This document shows positions 8,152 through 14,881 of a stretch of DNA of 14,881 nt, in pieces. The first letter of the stretch is position 1; each line of letters begins with the position of its first letter. This stretch comes from Candidatus Heimdallarchaeota archaeon (GTDB lineage Archaea; Asgardarchaeota; Heimdallarchaeia; Heimdallarchaeales; Heimdallarchaeaceae). The notes under the pieces are model-generated. The model worked only from the letters and a program-made list of their open reading frames with translations, did no database searches and had not been told where the DNA came from. The position numbers and the translations under genes were made by a program. The stretch spans positions 1-14,881 of the forward strand of contig JAAFKI010000097.1 of NCBI GenBank assembly GCA_021399345.1. Direction: 5' to 3'.

Positions 8152-9393
8152 ATGGTCTCCAAGTATGTAAAAATTATAGCAGTTTCTATTGCGGTACTTG
8201 GAGTTATAATCCCTGCGTTTTATTTTAGTTTTTATCAAGGACCACAAAAGGACATCGAGATAGATATATGGTACACATACGAAGGTATTCAAATTATAGC
8301 AGACGCCATAGAACAATATGAGCTAGAGCATCCAGACATCAATATTAATCTTATTGAGCAACCTTCTTCTGGGTGGTTAGATAAGTTCATCAGTATAGCG
8401 CAGACAGGTGATGCTCCTGACATCTTCCTTGGTAAGGGAGCTTGGTTTGGAGAACTTGTAGAGCTAGAATATATCCGTTCTCTAACTAATTTTCTTTCTC
8501 CTACAGATGAAGCAAAATATCTCCCTTCAGCGATTAATAGTTTAAGTTACATGAACGAACTTTGGGGATTGCCTTTATGGTATGATTCAATTTTATTATT
8601 TTATAACAAGGACGTCTTTGACCAAAATAGTCAACCTTACCCTCAAGAAAACTGGACGGACATAGAATTCGTTGAAGCAGCTGTTAATATGACTGATCGC
8701 TCTGTGAATCAGGAGTATGGACTTGTATGGGGAACATTGTCGCCTTATATGTGGCCAGCTTTTCAGTCAGGTTTTGGTCATGGACCATTATATCAGAACA
8801 ACTCTATCATAGTAAATGACACAGCTTCTAGAAATGCAATGGAATTCATTTACAACTTAAAATATGTGGAGAGGTGTGTAAGTTATGATGACACCAGCCA
8901 TTCAGCTACTCAAGCATTCATCACAAACAAAGGAGCAATGCTGATTTATGGGGGGTGGTATATCCCATCTTTAAATGAAATAGGAACAAATTATGGAGTT
9001 CAGATTCTTCCAATTATATCTTCTACTGATAAAAGAATTTCTCCAATGGTTGAAATTAAAGGATGGGGAATGTCAAAGGATACGCTCCATCCGGATATTT
9101 GTTATGATATTCTTTTATTCTTAACATCAGATGAAGTTCAAAAAGAGCTGGTTTCAATTGAATATAAGGTTCCTACTTTAATTGAAACAATATATTCTCC
9201 AACTGTTCAAAATGAGCCATTAATTTTAACCCAAATAAAACAAATTGAAAATAGTCAATATTATCCTATGGATCCCATCTACAATTTTTATTCTGATTAT
9301 ATAAGAGCAGCATTACAGTTCATATTGTTAAATCACGAAAACATTCAAAGTTCTCTTGATGATGCTCAAGCAGGTATAGACGCTAATAGGTGA
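8152..9393 (+). CDS. Carbohydrate ABC transporter (CUT1) extracellular solute-binding protein, MalE-like, N-terminal membrane anchor
   Basis: N-terminal TM without lipobox Cys. Motifs IDIWYT, YELEHPDININL, GDAPDIF, LWGLP...LLFYNKDVF, FITNKGAMLIYGGW and GWGMSKDT. Confidence 0.92.
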   Translation: MVSKYVKIIAVSIAVLGVIIPAFYFSFYQGPQKDIEIDIWYTYEGIQIIADAIEQYELEHPDININLIEQPSSGWLDKFISIAQTGDAPDIFLGKGAWFGELVELEYIRSLTNFLSPTDEAKYLPSAINSLSYMNELWGLPLWYDSILLFYNKDVFDQNSQPYPQENWTDIEFVEAAVNMTDRSVNQEYGLVWGTLSPYMWPAFQSGFGHGPLYQNNSIIVNDTASRNAMEFIYNLKYVERCVSYDDTSHSATQAFITNKGAMLIYGGWYIPSLNEIGTNYGVQILPIISSTDKRISPMVEIKGWGMSKDTLHPDICYDILLFLTSDEVQKELVSIEYKVPTLIETIYSPTVQNEPLILTQIKQIENSQYYPMDPIYNFYSDYIRAALQFILLNHENIQSSLDDAQAGIDANR

Positions 9394-9398
9394 GCTTA

Positions 9399-12300
9399 AT
9401 GAGGAAAATTAAACTAACAAAGAATTTCAAAATCAGCTTACTTACTGTTATAATCTTAATTGGAATTCTTCTTTTCGCTCAATCTCCCTCATCAAACAAA
9501 ATTAGAGCTCAAAGTGATAATGTGTCAATTTCGGATATCCAAGATAGGTATGTTCTACTCAATTGGTCAGTTCCAGATAATTCCCTTTTTAATGGATTTA
9601 GAATTGATTATAGAAATGAAACAGGATTTAATCATACATGGTCTTTTATTTTTCTGAATCAAAGTGTAGAAGGAGAAGAGAACTATTTCTCTCCAGTGAA
9701 TTATACTATATCTGACTCAAATCTTCTTGCACAAAAGAAGATTACATTTAATTTTACAGTCTACATTGTTAGTAATGAATCAGATACGATTCATGCAAGA
9801 ATTACAGGACTTTTACCATCGCAATTATACCAATTCTCAATATATCTCGTTAATGCAACTTTCGTAGACTATACGGATATGCAAATTATCCAACAGGTGA
9901 GTGAAGAACTTTATTGGGAATCAGTACAAATTGAGACTCTCCAAAGTCAAGAGGATTTATTACATTATTCGAAGCTGGCTACTTCTCTATCACTACTAGT
10001 TATTGTCATTTTATTTGTTGCAATCTTCATCTTTTTTGCAAGGAGGGATGTTCCATTCAATAAAACCGCATATATATTCATCTTCCCAGCTTTATTGGCT
10101 CTGGTTTTATTGGAAGTTTATCCAATTTTATATGGAATATTCCTATCTTTTACCTCTTACAACCTTGTAAGAGGAGAACAACCTGTTTTTACCGGATTCA
10201 ATAATTATGCACATATTGCTGAAAATCCTCAACTTCCAATAGCTTTCACAACTACTTTAGTTTGGAGTACATTGATCATTTTAGTAAAAATAGTTCTAGG
10301 TTTTATCTTAGCATATATTATTCAATACAAGGTAAGAAGGAAGAAATTATGGTATCTGTTCTTGTATATACCCTGGGCAATTCCATCTTACATCAAAATC
10401 TTATCTTGGAGAACATTCTTTCACGGTACAGGGAGTATATCCTTCTTTAATGCACTATTTGGAACGAATGTAAATCTCTTGACACAACCTTATGTAGCTT
10501 TATTCATCGCATGCTTTGTAGAAGTTTGGGATTCAATTCCCCTAATAACAACATTGTTTCTGGCTGGTTTGAGCAGTATTCCCAAAGAATTAAATGATAT
10601 GGCGGATATTGATCAGATTCGGGAAAGAACTAAGATAAGAAAAATCGTAATTCCTTTAATCAAACCTATTATTCTTCCAGCAATAATATTGGAAATTATC
10701 AAAACTTTTGGTAGCTTTAATGTAGCATTTTTACTAACGAACGGATATCCACTTTTGTCATACGGGTCAAACGAAGCCGGAATCATAGGTGCTACGGATC
10801 TCTTTAGTACGTTTACGTTTTACATGTTCTATCAACAAAGAGAGATAGGAATAGCAGCTGCATACTCAACAATCATGAGTCTTCTGACATTGTTTTTTGT
10901 TTTGATATGGGTGAAGATGTCAAAGGGTACAAAAAGTTCTTACATACCATCTAGTCAGAAAAAAACTTCTACCAATAAATATGTTTTACCCATTCTTTTT
11001 CTATTCCAATCAGTAGGTTATTTAGCTTCAACTTTAACGGGATTCAGATATTTTGGTATTTATTGGAATGATGCACTAAGTTATGTCCTTGCAGGCGTCT
11101 ATCTAATGTCAGCTATTCTGATATTTTCAAAAAAGAACATTTCAATCAAATGGTTCAAAGTGATTCTTATTGTAGATATAATCCTTTCACTATCACAATT
11201 CTTTTTCTATCAGATGTGGTATGCTTTGAATTGGAATATCTTTATTATTGTTCTAGAATTTTTTATGATTTCAAATATAAGAAAAAATAGTTCTGAAGAA
11301 GTAGAATTCAAACCAAGAGAAAAAATAATAATCTGGTTCAAACAAACAAGAAGAAATGTTAGGATTTTTCTTCAAAAGCTTGATTCTAGAATAGTTAATT
11401 TGAATTCAATTCACGGCATACTGTTAATTCAATTTACTACTATCTTAACGGCCAATATCCTGCTGAAATTGACAAATTGGCTTCCTTGGACTATTCTATC
11501 ACTATTAGGTATTTATTTACTTGCTAGTTTTGTCTCAGAATTCTTTGTGAAACTATCTATACTATTGCAGCCAATACTTTGGACGGGGATAATTATAAAT
11601 TGGAATCTAGTAGGTTGGGTTACAACTATCAGTTTACTATCATTCATGTTTATTCTAAATTATCTTAGGATCCACACCCAGTTTAATTTCAAACAGAACA
11701 AGTTCTTATCGAAAATGTATGAAATTGCATCCAAACCAAAAAATAGTATTTTCTTCTTATTCTTAGTTACAGCTGTGGCACTTATTCCATTTTGGAACAT
11801 TATATGGATAGCTTTCTCGGGAGGCAATAGTTCAGTACCAACCTCGTTTTTCCCAGAAAATCCTACTTTAGATAATTTTAGAAGGTTATTTACTCAAGAA
11901 AGTATTCACTTGAACTTCGCTAATTCGCTACTTATTGCTCTGGGATCAGCAAGCATTTGTGTCATCTTAACAGCCTTAGCAGCTTATGGATTTTCAAGAT
12001 ATACATTTAAAGCTAAGAAGGAGATGATGGTTGGAGTTTTTACTTTAAAAATGTTTACAGGCATTCTTACACTAATACCATTTTATCTTATCATGTTTAA
12101 TTTAGGATTAATAGACACATACATTGGTGCAATTTTAGCCTTTAGCACACACACCATACCACTAGCGCTATGGATAATAAAGGGGTATATTGATTCAATT
12201 CCAAAGGAATTAGATGAATCTGCTATAGTTATGGGGAATTCGCGATTTAGAGTTCTTCGAAAAATTGTTTTACCATTATCAGGACCAGCGATAGCTATTA

Positions 12301-12554
12301 CATTCTTGTTAAATTTCTTGAGTACATGGAATGGTTTTCTGATGGCATTTGTATTATTACAGTCACCAGGAAAATACACTCTCCCCATCAAACTATACAC
12401 TTTTTTGGGGTCTATAGAATCTAGTTCTCCCGAATGGGGATTATTTGCAGCTGCATCAATATTAGTAACAATTCCTTTGCTTTTGGTTTTCGTATTTCTA
12501 AGAAATTATCTGCTTAAAGGAATTGATAATTCAGTAAACATAAGAGATGTATGA
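9399..12554 (+). CDS. Fused carbohydrate ABC transporter permease: FN3-like ectodomain + MalF-like + ~8-TM insert + MalG-like
   Basis: MalF-like block (AYIFIFPA...YPILYGIFLSFT...GFNNY...IPWAIP) at ~10062-10925. MalG-like block (IPFWNIIWIAFS...PTLDNF...NSLLIA...AAYGFSRY...IPKELDESA...WNGF) at ~11739-12554. Continuous frame. ATG 9399 is preceded by AGGTGA (9388-9393); the alternative GTG 9390 overlaps the upstream stop. Confidence 0.9.
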   Translation: MRKIKLTKNFKISLLTVIILIGILLFAQSPSSNKIRAQSDNVSISDIQDRYVLLNWSVPDNSLFNGFRIDYRNETGFNHTWSFIFLNQSVEGEENYFSPVNYTISDSNLLAQKKITFNFTVYIVSNESDTIHARITGLLPSQLYQFSIYLVNATFVDYTDMQIIQQVSEELYWESVQIETLQSQEDLLHYSKLATSLSLLVIVILFVAIFIFFARRDVPFNKTAYIFIFPALLALVLLEVYPILYGIFLSFTSYNLVRGEQPVFTGFNNYAHIAENPQLPIAFTTTLVWSTLIILVKIVLGFILAYIIQYKVRRKKLWYLFLYIPWAIPSYIKILSWRTFFHGTGSISFFNALFGTNVNLLTQPYVALFIACFVEVWDSIPLITTLFLAGLSSIPKELNDMADIDQIRERTKIRKIVIPLIKPIILPAIILEIIKTFGSFNVAFLLTNGYPLLSYGSNEAGIIGATDLFSTFTFYMFYQQREIGIAAAYSTIMSLLTLFFVLIWVKMSKGTKSSYIPSSQKKTSTNKYVLPILFLFQSVGYLASTLTGFRYFGIYWNDALSYVLAGVYLMSAILIFSKKNISIKWFKVILIVDIILSLSQFFFYQMWYALNWNIFIIVLEFFMISNIRKNSSEEVEFKPREKIIIWFKQTRRNVRIFLQKLDSRIVNLNSIHGILLIQFTTILTANILLKLTNWLPWTILSLLGIYLLASFVSEFFVKLSILLQPILWTGIIINWNLVGWVTTISLLSFMFILNYLRIHTQFNFKQNKFLSKMYEIASKPKNSIFFLFLVTAVALIPFWNIIWIAFSGGNSSVPTSFFPENPTLDNFRRLFTQESIHLNFANSLLIALGSASICVILTALAAYGFSRYTFKAKKEMMVGVFTLKMFTGILTLIPFYLIMFNLGLIDTYIGAILAFSTHTIPLALWIIKGYIDSIPKELDESAIVMGNSRFRVLRKIVLPLSGPAIAITFLLNFLSTWNGFLMAFVLLQSPGKYTLPIKLYTFLGSIESSSPEWGLFAAASILVTIPLLLVFVFLRNYLLKGIDNSVNIRDV

Positions 12555-13674
12555 AATGAAAGTTGAAATAAAAAACCTAACAAAAAAATATGGCAAAAAA
12601 ACAGCCCTCAATGACATTAATATCACAATTCCTGAAGGAAGTTTCACTGTTATCCTCGGACCTTCAGGAAGTGGAAAAACCACTTTATTGAGAATTCTAG
12701 CAGGATTATTATATCCTTCAGAAGGTCAGATATTTTTTAATGAAAAAAACATAACAGACATACCTGCAAATAAAAGAAACATAGCAATGGTTTTTCAAAA
12801 CTATCCTCTTTTTCCACATATGACTGTAGAAGAAAATTTGCGTTTTCCATTGGAGAGCCAAAAAGAAGGAAATTTGTTTAAAAGAAGAACTTTCTCATCA
12901 TCAGACGTACAAAATAAAGTGGATGAAACACTAAAATTGTTTAAATTAGAGGAACATAGAAACAAATATCCTTCTCAACTAAGTGGGGGAGAACAACAAA
13001 GGGTAGCTATAGGTAGAGAAGTAATTAGACAGCCAGTGATTTTTCTCTTTGATGAACCACTAAGCAATATTGATGCTAGATTAAGGTATGAGATGAGAAC
13101 ATGGATACGAAAACTTCATGGAATTCTGAAGACAACAATGGTTTATGTGACACATGATCAAGCTGAAGCTCTCAGTCTCGGAGACAATATCATTTTATTG
13201 CAAGATGGAGAAATTGCTCAAATGGGGCCTCCTGAAGAACTTTATGACGAACCTAATCAGAAGTTTGTTGCACAATTTATTGGTAACTTTCCTATGAATT
13301 TTCTCAAATTCAAGTCATCAAAAAATTCAGTCTCATTAGTTATTGATGATCAGATTTTGCTTCCCAAAAATCTTCAAAAGAAAATACTAAAAGACAATAT
13401 CACAGAAGGTGAAATAGGATTTAGAGCAGAATCTATCAGAGAACTAGATCCAAACAAAACAATTGATGAAAATCAAATAGTACTGGAATGTTTCATTACT
13501 GATTCAGAAAAAATACTTGATCAACTGGTTTTAACTCTTGATTTTAAAGGAGAAAACCTATTCTTTGTCACCAAAACCAGGAAGAAATTCACAACAAGTC
13601 AGAAACTTTCGGTTCTTCTACACTCTGAATCCCTCTACACTTTTGCTAAAAACAACAAGAGAGCATTTCAGTAA
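12547..13674 (+). CDS. Carbohydrate ABC transporter ATP-binding subunit, MalK/MsmK family
   Basis: GPSGSGKTT, VFQNYPLFPHMTV, LSGGEQQRVAIGR, FLFDEPLSNID, YVTHDQAEAL, FVAQFIG and a C-terminal regulatory/OB extension. Overlaps the permease stop by 8 bp; alternative ATG at 12556. Confidence 0.95.
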   Translation: MYEMKVEIKNLTKKYGKKTALNDINITIPEGSFTVILGPSGSGKTTLLRILAGLLYPSEGQIFFNEKNITDIPANKRNIAMVFQNYPLFPHMTVEENLRFPLESQKEGNLFKRRTFSSSDVQNKVDETLKLFKLEEHRNKYPSQLSGGEQQRVAIGREVIRQPVIFLFDEPLSNIDARLRYEMRTWIRKLHGILKTTMVYVTHDQAEALSLGDNIILLQDGEIAQMGPPEELYDEPNQKFVAQFIGNFPMNFLKFKSSKNSVSLVIDDQILLPKNLQKKILKDNITEGEIGFRAESIRELDPNKTIDENQIVLECFITDSEKILDQLVLTLDFKGENLFFVTKTRKKFTTSQKLSVLLHSESLYTFAKNNKRAFQ

Positions 13675-13742
13675 AAATTTTCCGTTAAAATTTTGACTAG
13701 AACCATCACAATCTTATTAAAATTATTTTCGTAAATATATTA

Positions 13743-13774
13743 GAGAGCAAAACCATAATATTGGTTTGGTTCTC
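13743..13774. repeat. Imperfect inverted repeat (13-bp arms, 6-nt loop) upstream of the PAS gene
   Basis: gagagcaaaacca-taatat-tggtttggttctc: 11 Watson-Crick pairs, one G-U and one mismatch. Confidence 0.6.
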
Positions 13775-13808
13775 AATCTGGGGTAAAAAATCTATTCGAG
13801 TGAATCAG

Positions 13809-14881
13809 ATGGCAGAAGAAGACATAGGGGAGATATTCGATAAAATCGATGTAGGAGTAACCATAGTTAAAAATAGAAAAATTGAATTTGCAAACGATCA
13901 TTTGTTGCAAATAACAGGATATTCATTGAAAGAAATACAAGGAAAAAGTTTTGTTTTTCTTGCTGCAACAGAAGAGAAAAACAGATTGAAAACAATTAGA
14001 TCTGAAAATGATAAAACGAATACCTACCCAAAAGAAATCGAATTTTGGATTGCAACAAAGGATGGAAAAAGAAAATTCATACGCAATCGCTTTTATCCTA
14101 TTATAGAGGGAGAAAAATCAAATAAACTTTTTATTATTACTAATGACATAACAGGGGATAAACAAAAAGAAACTAAAGTTATGGCTTCTGAGTTCAAAAA
14201 ATCAAAATTCTTAGATTTTCTGACTGAACATATAATTTTCTATGATACGGACATGAAAATAATCTGGTCTAATAAAATTACAAGTGATCTATTGGGACAA
14301 TCTCCGGAGGATATTGTTGGAGAAATATGTTATGAACTATGGTATCAAAGAGATCAACCATGTGACAATTGCCCTGTCATTAAGGCAAGAGATTCAGGAC
14401 AAGAGCATATGGCAGAAGTAATAACTCCAGATCATAAAACCTGGTTCGTTAGAGGATACCCTGTTTATGGAGATGATGGGAGTTTAATTGGTGTAGCAGA
14501 ATTGGCTAGTGATGTTACAGAGAATAAACAAACATCCAAAGAACTTCAAGAAAGTGAAGAAAGATTTAAACAGATTTTTCATAATACAAATGATGGTATC
14601 TTTGTTAGTAGAAGAGGAGATGATGGAGTATTTGAAGAAATCGTTGAAACTAACAGTGTAGCTGCTGCCATGTATGGTTACACTCGAGAAGAATTCATGA
14701 AGATGAAACCATCTGACTTCATTGTTACAGGAGAAAAGGAAAGTTTAGAATTTGTACAGGAGTTAATGGAGAAAAAAGAACTTACTTTTGAGAGAATACA
14801 TAAAACTAAAGATGGAAGGGTGATAATTGTGGAAATTAGTTCTCACTTATTCACTCTTGGTGATGACTTAGTTAGTTTAGC
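13809..14881 (+). CDS. Multi-PAS-domain sensor protein (at least 3 PAS/PAC), truncated at the window end; probably the N-terminus of a histidine kinase or other signalling protein
   Basis: Not in the ORF track because there is no stop in the window. My translation from ATG 13809 is open to the end: MAEEDIGEIFDKIDVGVTIVKNRKIEFANDHLLQITGYSLKEIQG...TKDGKRKFI...NDITGDKQKE | IIFYDTDMKIIWSN...CYELWYQRDQPCDNCP...DVTENKQ | ESEERFKQIFHNTNDGIF...MYGYTREEFMKM...HKTKDGRVIIVEISS. No TM segment. Confidence 0.9.
   Translation, partial: MAEEDIGEIFDKIDVGVTIVKNRKIEFANDHLLQITGYSLKEIQGKSFVFLAATEEKNRLKTIRSENDKTNTYPKEIEFWIATKDGKRKFIRNRFYPIIEGEKSNKLFIITNDITGDKQKETKVMASEFKKSKFLDFLTEHIIFYDTDMKIIWSNKITSDLLGQSPEDIVGEICYELWYQRDQPCDNCPVIKARDSGQEHMAEVITPDHKTWFVRGYPVYGDDGSLIGVAELASDVTENKQTSKELQESEERFKQIFHNTNDGIFVSRRGDDGVFEEIVETNSVAAAMYGYTREEFMKMKPSDFIVTGEKESLEFVQELMEKKELTFERIHKTKDGRVIIVEISSHLFTLGDDLVSL

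Noticed and set aside
9388-9399. Stop-codon readthrough (Sec) at the SBP TGA
   Set aside because: The frame closes again two codons later (TGA GCT TAA), and the TGA is explained as part of the AGGTGA SD/overlap.
10575-12236. Repeated SIPKEL...RKIV(I/L)PL segments as a recent DNA duplication
   Set aside because: These are the homologous EAA regions of the MalF-like and MalG-like halves. Codons differ and the flanks are divergent.
8134-12400. Short ORFs 8134-8316, 9460-9657, 10262-10450 and 12083-12400
   Set aside because: They overlap the SBP and permease genes and have no independent support.
8152-13674. Assigning malE/malF/malG/malK symbols and maltose specificity
   Set aside because: Family membership is clear, but substrate cannot be read from the sequence and no amylolytic genes are adjacent.
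13674-13694. Two AAAATTTT palindromes 13 bp apart after the ATPase stop
   Set aside because: Low-complexity AT sequence likely by chance, at most a weak terminator.
1-14881. CRISPR arrays, tRNA/rRNA, IS elements, integrases or defence genes
   Set aside because: No spaced direct repeats, GC-rich structured RNA tracts, terminal inverted repeats or such protein motifs were seen by eye. All intergenic gaps are about 150 bp or shorter.

Overview
AT-rich, gene-dense chromosomal window with archaeal signatures: TATA boxes about 24-35 bp upstream of starts, GGTGA-type Shine-Dalgarno sites inside operons, an oligo-T terminator, N-glycosylation-rich exported proteins and a PEF-CTERM-like tail. An Asgard (Heimdallarchaeia-like) origin is a plausible inference only. 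In order it holds: the 3' end of an unknown CDS; a secreted NosD/CASH-type beta-helix surface protein; an Amidohydro_2 metallohydrolase; a heterodimeric MdlAB/TM287-288-type ABC exporter pair (- strand); a membrane-anchored protein with two Cys-less sulfite-oxidase-fold (Oxidored_molyb-like) domains (- strand); a divergent CUT1 carbohydrate-type ABC importer operon; and a truncated multi-PAS sensor gene missing from the ORF track. The most unusual element is the importer's ~1050-aa single-chain permease. It joins a signal/TM segment, a sequon-rich fibronectin type III-like ectodomain, a MalF-like half with a degenerate EAA loop, an apparently duplicated 2x4-TM insert and a MalG-like half. I found no RNA genes, CRISPR arrays or mobile elements by eye.
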